64,000 nt of DNA from an uncultured Acidobacteriota bacterium (GCA_963730485.1 CAVSRY010000028.1:8932-72931); one strand, 5' to 3'. Numbered from the stretch's first letter, positions 23,210 through 34,719 are shown. A program made the numbers and translations. Notes: a model not told the origin generated them from the sequence alone.

Positions 23210-24538
23210 GCGCCGGCCCGAACTGCGCCGGGTGCGCGTGATTGAGCAGCGTCCACATGAAGTCGGTGTTCATGCGCGCGCGGTTGTGGCAGTTCATGCA
23301 GCCCAGCTGGATTGAGCGCTGATCGAACGTCTCCATCGTCACGTTCGTGAACGCCGAGAAGGCGTCGGTACCGGAAACGTGTTGGGCACGCTGCCGTCCG
23401 TCGTCGCCGGAATCGGCGTGGCCTGGTTGCCATCCATTCGGGGCCACTGCGTGACAACAGCCGGTAGTACTGCCAGGGCGTTCCGGCGAGCAGCCGCTGG
23501 TAGGCGTAGTTCGTCAGTTCGGTGGCCGTCAAGAGCGGCGCGGTGAATGCGCGCTCGACGTTGAACGGCTTCACCGGCTCGGGCGCGAGCGGCACGAGCG
23601 ACAGCGGATTCGTCTCGGGCATCGGCGTGTGCTTGCCGTCGTTCAGCACGTCGATCCCGGCGAGTCCGGCCATGCCGGCGGCACCGTGTCGCGTTGCTCG
23701 AACGACGACCAGATCCACTGCGGCCGGCTCGGCGTCTTCTGGCAATGTGCAAGCCGACCAATCCCATCGTCCGACGCTCACAGCCGTCGCCGGCCGCCCG
23801 TTTCACGTTCACGGTCCGCGTGTAGAACCGCCGGACGAGGGTGCCGGCAGTCCCTCGATGTCGACCCATGCGGTCTTGACCGCAATCGAGCCCATCGGAA
23901 AATTGACCACCGGTACGTCTGGTCGCGGTCGCGGAATTTCAGGCAACGCACTGCGGAGATAGAAACGATTGGTCGCAATGTGATCGACCTGACGCTGATT
24001 GAAGAGCGTCAGCGTCCGCACGTAGCGGCCGTTTTGCGCGGCCACCGGCGGGTCCAGCACGCCGCCGCCGGCCTGGCCGATGTCGTCGATCCCGGATGCC
24101 GATCCGATCGTCAGGTCACCGAAGGATGACGAGACGTTGCACGGGTTGTACGCCGAAGCGTCATAGGCGTCGAAGCTGCGGCCGGAGCCGAGCCATCGCC
24201 GTGAAAGATCTCCCACATCGACTTGTAGGTCTCGAAGACACGCGGTCCCGGCGTCGAGATGGTCCGGCTCGCGGCGGGTACCCTCGTCGCCCTGGTTCTG
24301 CCGGCCAGATGAGGGAGACGAATGCCCGCCAGGAGTAGTCGTCGAAATACTCCATCGGGGTCTGGGTGAATCCGTCCGGGATACAGACGTCCGCCAGCGA
24401 TTCCGGCGAAATGACCGGGGTGGGAGTCATGGGACAGGCCGGCGTGACTTGCCGCGAGACGGCGCTGGTGCCGACAATGGCCGCTACCAAGGCCAGGCCC
24501 GCCGTGGCTACCGTCACGATCGACCGCACGGCGGACAT
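23210..24538 (-). CDS. Secreted hypothetical c-type cytochrome (C-terminal CxxCH; frameshifted, 3' end approximate)
   Basis: Signal peptide; FDDYSWRAFVSLIWPA; VKTAW; NVTMETFDQ...GCMNCH...TDFMWTL. Confidence 0.65.
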
Positions 24539-24584
24539 CCCGGGATTATAATTTGAGGCCGATAGCCTCTATAAGGAGTTGCTC

Positions 24585-25550
24585 ATGACCCCGTTCTCGC
24601 GCCGTGAGTTCGGACGAATGGTCGTTGCTGGCGTGCCCCTCGTGGCTGTCGCCGGCTCGATGAGAGCCGCCGCGTTGTCGCCGGTCGCTCTTGGCGTGAG
24701 CACGTTCAGCTTTCGCGACCTCCCGCGCGTCGAGGGCTCCGACAACGTCGACGACGTGATCCGCGCGCTGAAGGCCGTGCGCGCCACGCACGTGGAGCTG
24801 GCGCTTTCGAACGTCGAGCCGGCGCCGCCGAGCACGGCGTCGTTCGTCGGCGGCACGCCCGCGTATCCGCGCCGCGTGGTGTTCACGCCCGAGGAGATCG
24901 CGCGGATCAACGCGTACGCGCGCCGCCAGTTGCAGCAGTGGCGGGCCCAGACCGAACCGCGCTACTTCCAGGACGTGCGCGACAAGTTTGCAGCGGCCAA
25001 CCTGAGCGTGATGGCCTGCGCGCTGTCGTACGACGAGTCATTCACAGACGACGAGATCGAGGCGACGTTCCGGCAGACGAAAGCGCTCGGCGTGCCGACG
25101 ATTAGTTCGCCGATGACCATGGCGACCGCGCGACGGATTGCGCCCTTCGCGGAACGGCACGGCATCATGGTCGCCGTCCACAACCAGCCGGACGGCAATG
25201 CGGCCGGCGCCATCGCGACACCGGAGCTTGCGGACGTGCTCGCGCTCTCGTCGTCGATGAGGATCAAGCTCGATGTTGGCCATCTCACGGCATCGAACCG
25301 CGATGCGGTGGCCGAGCTCGCGCGTCACGAGTCGCGCATCTCGCACGTCCTCGTCAGGGACCGGCTGCGAAACGGCGGCACGAGCCAGCACTTCGGCGAA
25401 GGCGATACGCCGATTCCGGCGATTCTCAAACGCCTGAAGGCGTCCGAGTTCCGGATCCCCGGCGTTGTCGAATACGACTACGTCGGCCTGCACTCGTCGA
25501 TCGACGAAGTCACCGCGTCACTGGCGTACGTCGCGCAGGCGGCGCAGTAG
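24585..25550 (+). CDS. Sugar phosphate isomerase/epimerase (TIM-barrel) with Tat-like signal
   Basis: FSRREFG; [11 protein letters not shown]; VAVHN; LDVGH; GEGDTP; VEY. Confidence 0.85.
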   Translation: MTPFSRREFGRMVVAGVPLVAVAGSMRAAALSPVALGVSTFSFRDLPRVEGSDNVDDVIRALKAVRATHVELALSNVEPAPPSTASFVGGTPAYPRRVVFTPEEIARINAYARRQLQQWRAQTEPRYFQDVRDKFAAANLSVMACALSYDESFTDDEIEATFRQTKALGVPTISSPMTMATARRIAPFAERHGIMVAVHNQPDGNAAGAIATPELADVLALSSSMRIKLDVGHLTASNRDAVAELARHESRISHVLVRDRLRNGGTSQHFGEGDTPIPAILKRLKASEFRIPGVVEYDYVGLHSSIDEVTASLAYVAQAAQ

Positions 25551-26742
25551 GAACTCCCGTTCCGTCGCGTTGTCGGCGCGAGCAAGTGCCGCGTCGTACG
25601 CGGCAGCGGCCTCGGCACTGCCGGCCCAACCTTCGCAACAGATCCGCGCGAATCGCGTGAAACAGATGTGACTGGGCGAGGTCGAGGCGATCGACGATCG
25701 TGAGCGCCTCGGCGGGCCCGTCCACCTCGGCGACCGCGACCGCGCGGTTGAGCGCGACGATCGGACTCGGTGCGATCGCAAGCAATTGATCGTAGAGCTC
25801 GACAATCTGCCGCCAGTCGGTCGCGTCCGCGCGAGTCGCGTCGCTATGGACGGCGTTGATCGCCGCCTGAATCTGGTACGGGCCGGGCCGGTTCCATTTC
25901 AGACACTGCCGCACGAGCGACTGGCCCTCCGCGATGAGCGTGGCGTTCCAGAGGGTGCGGTCCTGATCCGCCAGCAGGATCATCTCGCCGTTCGGGCCCA
26001 GCCGCGCGGCGCGGCGTGAATCGATCAACAGCATCAGCGCGAGGAGGCCGATCGCTTCAGGCTCGCGAGGCATAAGGCCCACGAGCAGCCGGCCGAGCCG
26101 AATCGCTTCCGCGCACAACTCCTCGCGGACCAGCCGATCGCCGGACGTCGCCGTGTATCCCTCGTTGAAGATGAGATAGATGACCGCGAGCACCGAGTGC
26201 AGACGTTGGGGCAGATCGTCAGCATCCGGGACGCGGTAGGGGATTCGGGCGTCGCGGATCTTGCCCTTCGCTCTGACGAGACGCTGCGCCATGGTCGTGT
26301 CGGGAACGAGGAACGCGCGCGCGATCTCTTCGGTCGTCAGACCGCCGAGCAGGCGAAGCGTCAGCGCCACCTGCGCCGCCGGAGCGAGCGCCGGATGGCA
26401 GCACGTGAAGATCAGACGCAGCCGATCGTCCGTCACGACATCCTCCTCCGGCGGCTCGTTGGCCGCGTGCAGGAGCACGGCCTGCGCGTGCCGGTCGTCG
26501 CGCGAAGCTTCGCGACGGAAACGATCGATCGCGCGGTTGCGCGCGGTCGTGATGATCCAGCCAGCCGGGCTGGGCGGGAGGCCGCTCGACGGCCAGCGCT
26601 CGACCGCCGAGGTGAACGCGTCCTGGACAGCTTCCTCGGCGGTCGAGATATCGCCGAAGACGCGCACGAGCACAGCCACGGCGCGGCCGTACTCTTCCCG
26701 GAAGACGCGCTCGATCTCGGCGAGCGAACGACGGCATCGCAT
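25518..26742 (-). CDS. ECF42-type sigma factor with DUF6596/TPR C-terminal extension
   Basis: AEEAVQDAF; [15 protein letters not shown]; YLIFNEGY; [10 protein letters not shown]; adjacent to a DGPF gene. Confidence 0.92.
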
Positions 26743-26768
26743 GCGTCGCGCGGAGTTTCAACTCCGCG

Positions 26769-27125
26769 TTACTCGTGGTTCATGTGATGGATCGGCCGCA
26801 CTTCGATCGACAGCGGCTTGAGGACTCGGGCCAGTTTGCGGCCCCATTCCAGCGCTGCGTCCAGGTCCGACGCGCGGATGATGGTGAAGCCGCCGATGTG
26901 CTCCTTGCCTTCGACGAAGGGACCGTCGGTGATGAGCACGTCGCCCTTGTCGGCGCGCAATACGGTGGCCGTGTGCGGCGGATGCAAGCCCGCGGCGAAG
27001 ACCCAGGCGCCAGCGGCTCTCATTTCCTGGTTGAGCGCATTGACGTTGCGCATCACCTCGTCGAGGAACTCCTTCGGCGGGGGCGGTCCGTCGGGCTGGT
27101 AGATGCTGAGCAGGTATTGAGCCAT
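26769..27125 (-). CDS. YciI/DGPF family protein
   Basis: ITDGPFVEGKEHIGGF...IEVRP. Confidence 0.92.
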   Translation of the reverse strand: MAQYLLSIYQPDGPPPPKEFLDEVMRNVNALNQEMRAAGAWVFAAGLHPPHTATVLRADKGDVLITDGPFVEGKEHIGGFTIIRASDLDAALEWGRKLARVLKPLSIEVRPIHHMNHE

Positions 27126-27180
27126 GGCGCGTTCCTTCTATGGGATTGTCGCCGGCTCCATACCGGCGTTCTACCCTCTA

Positions 27181-27207
27181 GACGAAGGTCAAGGCCCCAG
27201 ATCGACA
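27181..27207 (-). promoter_or_regulatory. ECF42-type promoter TGTCGA-N17-CGTC
   Basis: The minus strand reads TGTCGA tctggggccttgacctt CGTC upstream of the DGPF-ECF42 operon, matching the established ECF42 motif. Confidence 0.7.
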
Positions 27208-27247
27208 CCCCGCCCCAAAAAATACGTCCTGACGTGTTTTCCAGCCG

Positions 27248-28839
27248 CTAACGGTCCAGCAGTTTTTGCAGCGTCTCAGGAGCCACGGGCTTGACGAGGT
27301 GGTGGTCGTATCCGGCAAGGCGGGCCCGCTCGCGATCGTCAGGCGATCCGTAGCCGGTCAGCGCGACGAGGACGACCGAATCCGCCCTCCGGCTCGGCGC
27401 GGAAACGCCGAGCCAGCTCGTATCCGTCGAATCCGGGCAGCCCGATGTCCACGAGCGCGATGCCCGGACGTTCCGACTTCAGCAGTTCCAGCCCCTGGGC
27501 GGCGTCCGACGCCTCGAGCACGACGTGTCCCGCCAGTTCGAGCACGGTTCGGTACATCTCGCGGGTGTCGGCGTTGTCCTCGATGACGAGCACGCGCTGC
27601 TTGACGGTGGAGTGCGGCGACGCGACGGCCAGGCTTCGGCCGTCGGCGGATCGATGCGAGGGAACCGGACTGAGAACGTGCTGCCTCGGCCCGGCCCGTC
27701 ACTTGCGACCGACACTGTTCCGCCGTGCAACTCCACGAGGCTCCGCACCAGGCTCAACCCGATCCCCAGGCCGCCTCGCGCGCGGGCCAGTGTCTGATTC
27801 CCCTGCACGAACAGATTGAAGATTCGCGGCAGCAACTCCGCGTCGATGCCGATGCCATCGTCGTCGATCCGCAGCACGGCATCGGGTCCCTCGGCCGTGA
27901 GGCGTATCTGAATGTGCCCGCCCGCATCCGAGTATTTCACGGCGTTTCCGATGAGATTGCCGACGACCTGCTCCATGCGCGTCGCGTCGGCATCAATCCA
28001 GACCGAGTCGATCTCCATGTCGACGCGACGATCCGGCCGTTCATTTCCGGCGATCGTCGCGATACTCCGACGGACAACGGCCGACAGGTCGAGCGGCTGT
28101 CGCGTCAGCGCGATCTTGCCGGTGACGAGCCGCCCCGCGTCGAGCAGGTCGTCGATGATGCGCGACAGGTGTCGGACCTGCCGGCTGATGACGGCTCGGG
28201 CGCGCCGCGGCACAGATCGGCCGGTTCGATCGCGTCAAGCACCTGCACGGCGCCGACGATCGCGCCGAGCGGGTTGCGGAGCTCGTGCCCGAGCATCGCG
28301 ATGAACTCGTCTTTCGCGCGGTTCTCGCGTTCGGCGCGGTCGCGATCCGACTCGGCGCCGATCAGGTCACTGAGATCCGCCACGATCAGGTTGCGCCGCA
28401 CGACATTGTCGGAGCTGGCCGTGGTCACCGACAGATACACGTCGCGCTCGTCGCCGTTGGCCGCGACCAGTTTGCCGCGACCCGCCCCTCGGCCCGCCCG
28501 CAACATCGCCGGCAGCGATTCACCGCCGCCCGCCGTGAACTGATCGATCGGCGCGCCGATGACCTGCTCGAGCGGCATGCCGACCAGCCTTGCGAAGCCG
28601 CGATTGCAGTACAGGATGTCGCCGGCCACCGTGAGGATGGCGGCCCCCTCCTGCATCTGCTCGATCAGGTCGCGGTACGGCTGGTCGGCGCTCGTGAGCG
28701 TGTAGACCTGTTCACCGGCATCGCCCTGTACGACGACCGCATCGACTTCCCCGTGCCGAATCGCGCGAAGCGTCTCTTCGGCTTCGGCAAGTCGCGCGCG
28801 CAAGTCCTCGATCGTGGCGGAGTCGACGTCGTCGGTCAT
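27248..28839 (-). CDS. Hybrid sensor histidine kinase (coiled coil-PAS-HisKA-HATPase-REC), kai-associated (frameshifted)
   Basis: LAEAEETLRAIRHGEVDAVVV; PAS ILYCN; LGHELRNPL; NAVKY; DDGIG; GLGIGL; REC VIEDN...VDIGLP...VKPV. Confidence 0.92.
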
Positions 28840-28859
28840 GATGCAGCGGCGCCGGCCGG

Positions 28860-29183
28860 CTAGCTCCGTGGCCGCAGGTCGAGTCCGATCAGCACCCGGT
28901 CCGTGTTGGACATGTCGCCGATGACGCGGCGAAGGGGAAGCGGGAGGCGTTTGATCAACGTCGGCGCGGCGATGATCTGCTCGCCCTTGGCGAGCACGGG
29001 CTGTTGGTAGAGATCGACGACTTCGAGCTCGTACGCGCCGTGCAGGTGCTCCTCGCAGATCGCGCGGACGTTCTCGATGGCGTGCGCGGAGCGTGGCGTC
29101 ATGCCGGTGATGTAGAGGCGGAGGATGTATTTGGCACCGGCGGTTGCATCGCGCACCTCGGTGCCTGTGGCCTGGGCGCTCAT
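28860..29183 (-). CDS. kaiB: KaiB family protein (second copy)
   Basis: [14 protein letters not shown]...ICEEHL...[21 protein letters not shown]. Confidence 0.93.
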   Translation of the reverse strand: MSAQATGTEVRDATAGAKYILRLYITGMTPRSAHAIENVRAICEEHLHGAYELEVVDLYQQPVLAKGEQIIAAPTLIKRLPLPLRRVIGDMSNTDRVLIGLDLRPRS

Positions 29184-29491
29184 GACTCCCTCGGTGTCGA
29201 CGGACGGATGTCGAGGCCCACGAGCACACGCTCGCTGTTCGACAGGTCGCCGATGATCTTCTTGATCGGCTCCGGCAGGCGCCGCACGAGCGTGGGCACG
29301 GCGAGAATCTGGTCGCCGCGGGCGAGTACCGGATTCTCGAGCAGGTCGATGATCTCGATTTGGTACCGGCCGCCCAGGTGTTCCTCGCACAGACGCTTCA
29401 GGTTCTCGAACGCGCGAATGGATTTCGGCGTCTGGCCAGCGACATACAACCGCAACTGAAACTCTTCGGACGGAACAGTCGGTGTCTCCAT
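29180..29491 (-). CDS. kaiB: KaiB family protein (first copy)
   Basis: [27 protein letters not shown]...[22 protein letters not shown]. Confidence 0.95.
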   Translation of the reverse strand: METPTVPSEEFQLRLYVAGQTPKSIRAFENLKRLCEEHLGGRYQIEIIDLLENPVLARGDQILAVPTLVRRLPEPIKKIIGDLSNSERVLVGLDIRPSTPRES

Positions 29492-29505
29492 GGCAGTGCT
29501 CCCGA

Positions 29506-30949
29506 TTACGCGCCGGCGACCCGCCTGCCGTGTGCGCGTCGCGCCACGCAAAGCCTCGATCGGTCAGTGAGAATCCACGAATCTCGTTCGAATGCGCCAT
29601 CCCGCGGGACTTGAGCACGGCGATCTCGCGCTGCCGCTGCTTGTCGTGTTCGGTGAGCGTCATCAGGACCCACGTGTCCATCAGCGACGAGATCATGGTA
29701 TCGGTGTCCTGCGTCTCGTTCTTTCCCGGGGTCAAGCTGGTGAACAGCGCCGTGATGCCTTCGGTCTTCAGGTGATCGATGATTCGCGTGAGCATCGCCC
29801 GGACTTCGCTCTGAGAGCCGATGGCCAGCAGGTTCGTGACGGGATCGATCACGACGAGCGAGGGCCGCATCTGCCGCACCATGCGATGAAGGCCCGCCAG
29901 ATGCTGTTCGAGACCGAGCCGCGCCGGTCGGTCGGCGTGGAAGCTGAGCAGGCCGCTTGTCGATCCATGGCTGGAGGTCCAAGCCGATGGATCGCATGTT
30001 CCGTACCACCTGCTGCGGTGACTCTTCCATCAGCATGTGAAGGCAGCGCTCGCCCCGGCGGCATCCCGCGTCCAGAAAGTGGGCAGCAAAGCTGGTCTTC
30101 CCGGTGCCGGCCGTGCCCGACACGAGGATTGTGCTGCCGCGATAGAAGCCCCGGTCGCCGAGCAGGCTATCGAGGATCTCGACGCCCGTCGAGACCCGGT
30201 CGGTCGGCGCCGGATGGTCGAGCCCGAGCGACGTGATCGGCAGCACGGCAATGCCGTCCCGGTCGATGAGAAACGGGTACTCGTTCGTGCCGTGGTGCGA
30301 GCCGCGGTACTTCACGACGCGGAGCCGGCGCGTCGAGATCTGATCGTCCACGCGGTGATCGAGCATGATCACGGCGTCCGAGACGTACTCCTCGAGACCG
30401 TTCCGCGTCAGCGTGCCGTCGCCGCGCTCGGCCGTCACGATCGTCGTGACGCCCTTGTCCTTCAGCCAGCGAAACAGCCGTCGCAACTCGGCGCGCAGGA
30501 TGCCGGTGTTCGACAACCCACTGAAGAGCGACTCGATCGTGTCGAGCACGACGCGCTTCGCGCCAATCGATCGGATCGCATGGTCGAGCCGGACGAACAG
30601 CCCTTCGAGGTCGTATTCGCCCGTCTCCTCGATCTCGCTGCGTTCGATGTACACGTAGTCGATGGCCAGCTTGCCGTCGGCGACCAGCGTCTGCAGGTCG
30701 AAGCCGAGCGACGCGACGTCCTTCGCGATGTCCTCGGCGTTCTCTTCGAACGTCATGAACACGCCGGGCTCGCCGAACTGTTCGGCGCCGTTGACGAGAA
30801 AGCTCACGGCGAGGAGCGTCTTGCCCGATCCGGGGCCGCCGCAGACGAGCGTCGGCCGGCCTCGAGGCAATCCGCCCCGCGTGATTTCGTCGAGTCCTTC
30901 GATACCGGTGGCCGCCTTGGGGAGCTCGGCCGATTCCGACGGGGGTCAT
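29506..30949 (-). CDS. kaiC: KaiC double-ATPase clock-family protein (frameshifted)
   Basis: [27 protein letters not shown]; [23 protein letters not shown] (phosphosite-equivalent SS), KSRGMAHSN. Confidence 0.95.
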
Positions 30950-31079
30950 CAGAGGGTCCTGGCCGACCGCTGGGGAGCGTCAAAGGTCGGGTGAACCCGC
31001 AATATATCAGGAGCGTCGAAGGCCGGTACTCGCCGCGAACCCCGAACAATCGCGCCGATCTGTCGTAGTCTTCACTCAA

Positions 31080-31274
31080 ATGGGCAAGTACCTCGTGTTC
31101 GTGGTGCTGTTCATCCTCTGCTGGCCGGTTGCCCTGCTCGCACTGGTCCTCTATCCCGTCGTCTGGCTGCTGCTCCTGCCGTTCCGGCTCGTCGGGATTG
31201 CCGTCGAGGGCGTCTTCCAGTTCCTGCGCGCGGTGTTCCTGCTTCCGGCGCGTCTCCTCGGCGCGAAGGTCTGA
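31080..31274 (+). CDS. Small hydrophobic membrane protein
   Basis: 64-aa ORF with CWPVALLALVLYPVVWLLLLPFRLVG; TAGTCT -10-like box 8 nt upstream. Confidence 0.75.
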   Translation: MGKYLVFVVLFILCWPVALLALVLYPVVWLLLLPFRLVGIAVEGVFQFLRAVFLLPARLLGAKV

Positions 31275-31304
31275 TTGGGAGCTTTGCAGCGGTTCGGGGG
31301 CGTA

Positions 31305-31430
31305 GTTGCAGGTTCGAAGGCGAAAGGAACGAACTGCGCGAGCCACCTATTTAGTCCGAAAGTTGGCCCGCGCCAGCTCATTCCTGTCGCCTTCGAACCT
31401 CCGAACCTACGCACCCTCGAACCGCTTCAG
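31305..31430. repeat. Degenerate octamer repeats (GGTTCGAA / CGAACCTT) in inverted arrangement
   Basis: ggttcgaagg... and ccttcgaacctccgaacctacgcaccctcgaacc between convergent genes. Confidence 0.55.
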
Positions 31431-31438
31431 TCACCGTC

Positions 31439-31896
31439 CTAGACGCCAAACTGCCCAAGTGATGGTCCATGTGCAGGTAGCCCCAGCGCATCCACGCGGC
31501 GTCTGAGAGCGAGCCGAAGATCGGATGGCGCCGGCCGGCGAAGAAGCTCGGGCGCGTCGTGACGATCTCGACGAGCGCTTCGAGCGGGCCACGTCCTCGT
31601 CGAACGCCGTCGGCTTCGTGCCGCCGAATTCCTGATCGACCTCCGGACGCGTCTGGATTCCGGCCGGCCAGCGCAACGGCGTGTAGAGCGCGATCCACTT
31701 GAAGATCGTCCGCTCGCGCAAACCCGAGGCGTGGCTGACGGGTTTTTGATCCGTGTCCATCAGGAACGCGTCCGACAGGTGACAGACCATCTGGTGCGCG
31801 CGACATCCGTCCCCATTGCCGCGCGCTGTCGGGTCGAAGCGCACGCAGCCGGCGCAGGACCTCAGCTTTGTCGCGCGGGCGGGACAGCGTTTTCAT
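31439..31896 (-). CDS. DUF1569/DinB-like protein (frameshifted)
   Basis: RQWGRM..HQMVCHL; HPIFGSLS..AWMRWGYLHMDHHL. Confidence 0.85.
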
Positions 31897-31907
31897 GAAA
31901 GTGGCCG

Positions 31908-31966
31908 GGGCACGAGAACGGGAACGAGAACGGGGAACGTGGAACGGGGAACGTGGAACGGGAACG
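31908..31966. repeat. Tandem 6-7 bp repeat GAACG(G/T)G
   Basis: gaacgggaacgagaacggggaacgtggaacggggaacgtggaacgggaacg. Confidence 0.8.
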
Positions 31967-31967
31967 A

Positions 31968-34358
31968 TCACCGTCCGAGCAACTTATCTCCCCCCGCCTG
32001 CCTGAACGCCGAGAGCGCTCGTTGGCGGCCGGCTTCGGCGTCGGCCAGCAGCGACTGGAACGCCGGCGTGGAACGAATCGCGTCGAACTGCGAGCGGTTC
32101 GCGAGCGTGGGCGCGGCGAAGTAACCGCGCGAGACCGCGCGCTCCAGCGCGGCCATGCCACGTTCGTACTCGCCGACGTCGCAGAAGAACCAGCCGCCCT
32201 GGAAGATGGCTTCCGGGTCATCGAAGATCTTCAACAGGCTCGCGTTGGCTGGTCCCTCGAAGCACGTCCGGCACGCGGCGGTCGAGCCAGGCTCCGAGAT
32301 ACGCCATCCAGGACTCGAACGCGGGAACCCGCGCCCGCGCGTGCATCTTGCCGAGCGCCTCACGCGCCTCATCGAGTCGTCCGGCAAACCCCAGCGCAAT
32401 GACGCGAATGCCATCGTCGGCGCCCGCGATGGTTTCGACGGGCGTGATGGCGAGGATGCGGTCCATGTCGCCCTTCATCAGGAGCGTCTGCTCGATGCTG
32501 GTCGCGACGTTCGGATCGAGGCGTCGGGCTTCCGCGTCGGCCGCCACCGACTCTTCGTAGAGGCCGCAGTAACGGGCCACGTGGACGAGCCCGGCGAAGA
32601 GCTCCGGATCGTTGCCGTGGCGCGTGGCCTCGCTGAGCAGGCGCACGAGCGCGTGCTCGCCACGGCCGATCTCGGCTTCGAGGTTGGCGTAGAGCTTGTG
32701 CGCGATCGTGAGCCGCGGATTCAGCTCGAGCGCGTGGCGGAAACACTCCTCGGCCCGCTGGTCGCTGTCGGGCGTCGAATGAATGTACTTGCCGATGACG
32801 CGATGGCATCGGCCGAGCCGCGCCCACGCGGGCGCGAACGTGGGATCAAGCAACACGCATTGCTCGTACAGTTCACGCGCTTTCGGCAAGCCGTCGTAGC
32901 GTGCGCCCGATCTCGTTTCCGCGCAGATAGAACTCATACGCGCGGGCGTTCGGTGCCGCATCCGGCGACGGCGATGGAAGCGGTGTGCCGGCGCCCAGCG
33001 GAAGCGAGAGCGCGTCCACGAGCCGGCGCGCGATGTCGTCCTGCAGCCCGAACAAATCGCCAAGCGGCGACTGCACCGTGTGCGAGGCCAGCACGGTGCC
33101 GCCGGGCGCCTCGAGCAGCTGGGCCACGACGCGCAGTTGATCGCCGGACCGGAGGATGGTGCCGGTGACGACGCGATCGACGTCGGCTTCGGCCGCGAGG
33201 GCCTTGAAGTCCGGCGTCTCGCGCGCGAACTTCGCGGCCGTCGCGCTCGACCGGACGATGAGCGAGCCGATGCCCGAGAGCGACGTGGTGATCGCGTCCG
33301 GCAGGCTGAACGCGAGGAAGTCCGTCTCTTCGTCCGGGCGAAGCGGACGAAACGGCAGGACGACGAGACGTGTGAGCGCCTGAGCGATCGCCGCCGTGTG
33401 GTCGCTGTCGGCCGCGCCGCGTCGCGCGCAGTTCCTCGGCCATCTGGTCGGCTGACTCGTAACGTTCGTTTGGTTTCTTGGCGAGCGCGCGCCGCAGCAC
33501 GCGATCGACGGCGGCCACCGCCGCGCCACCCGAGAGCGCCGGCGGTTGTTCGTAGATCGTCGCGTGCGCGATCTCGACGACCGTCCGGCCGGCGAACGCC
33601 GGCCGCCCGGCCAGCATCTCGAACAGGATCGCGCCCGCGGCGAACAGATCCGTCCGCGTGTCGAGCGGCTCGCCGAGCACCTGTTCCGGCGCCATGTAGC
33701 GCGGCGTGCCGACGATGGTGCCGGCGCGCGTGAGCTCCGGCGCCGTCACCATGACTTGATCGTCGGTCGGGCGCGCGAGGCCGAAGTCGAGGAGCTTCAC
33801 GCCGTGCGGCGTGAGGAACACGTTCGACGGCTTGAGATCGCGGTGGACGATGCCGCGCGCGTGGAGCGCCGAGAGCGCGGCCAGCATGCCGAGCCCGATC
33901 GAGACCGCCTCTGACACCGGCATGGCTCCGGCCTTCAGCGGCTCGGACAGCGGTTGCCCTTCGAGGAGCTCCATGGCGATGAAGAGCTCGCCCTGGTCCT
34001 CGCCGATCTCGTAGATCTGGCAAATGTTCGGGTGGTTGACGCTCGCCGCGGCTCTTGCCTCGCGCCAGAAGCGGCGCCGCGCCGTCTCGTCCTGCGTCAC
34101 GGCGACCATCGTCTTCAGCGCCACCGTGCGATGGAGCCGCTCGTCGCGCGCGGCGTAGACGACGCCCATGCCGCCTTGTCCGAGCTTGCGGGTGATGGCG
34201 TAGTGGCCAAGCCGCGCAGGGATGCCCTCCGCGGTCAGTGGTCCGCCGTTGGGCGTGGCGCCCTCGGGATGCGGTGGAGGAGTTGGTCCTTTCAGCCAGT
34301 CGTAGAGCGCGCGCAGCGGACTCTTTGGACTGTTGTTGGTGGTTGGGCGATCGGACAC
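31968..34358 (-). CDS. Cytoplasmic Ser/Thr kinase with TolB-N-like and TPR domains (frameshifted)
   Basis: GQGGMGVVY, HRDLKPSN, DFGLA, GTPRYMAPEQ; RLVVLPFR...FLAFSLPDAI; TPR DPTFAPAWARLG. Confidence 0.92.
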
Positions 34359-34381
34359 CGGGGTCTTGACGGATCATACAA

Positions 34382-34416
34382 GGGGTCAGGTCTTGATCAG
34401 CTCAAGACCTGACCCC
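34382..34416. repeat. REP-like palindrome
   Basis: ggggtcaggtcttga-tcagc-tcaagacctgacccc, a perfect 15-bp stem. Confidence 0.8.
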
Positions 34417-34452
34417 GCCGGACATGCGCAGCGGCGCCGAGGGCGCTGGGGT

Positions 34453-34719
34453 CTACGCCGGCTTGCGGCGCTGGCGCGTGTCCATCTCAACGACGTGACC
34501 GTGCTGCGGCTTGACAACCCGCGCGGTCGCCTGATCGCCGACCTTCACCGCGCGCCGATGTTCGCGCGCGGTGCGCTCGACGGCGGGCGTGGCGTGACCG
34601 CAGCGTTCACAGACGAAGTGCATGACCTGCACGCCGTGCAGCTTGCGACGCTCGCGGTACGTGTGCCGATGGGAGCAGGTGCTGGGGAGCCACTGCAAGA
34701 TTGTGTTGAAGAGCTTCAT
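34453..34719 (-). CDS. Small protein with putative Zn ligands (CxH...CxxC)
   Basis: CSHRHTYRERRKLHGVQVMHFVCERCGH; SD gagg upstream. Confidence 0.7.
   Translation of the reverse strand: MKLFNTILQWLPSTCSHRHTYRERRKLHGVQVMHFVCERCGHATPAVERTAREHRRAVKVGDQATARVVKPQHGHVVEMDTRQRRKPA

Noticed and set aside
28860-29882. Apparent KaiC(CII)-KaiB fusion ORF
   Set aside because: The middle of the ORF is an off-frame reading of kaiB-1. An indel near the kaiC 3' end most likely bypasses the stop at 29506.
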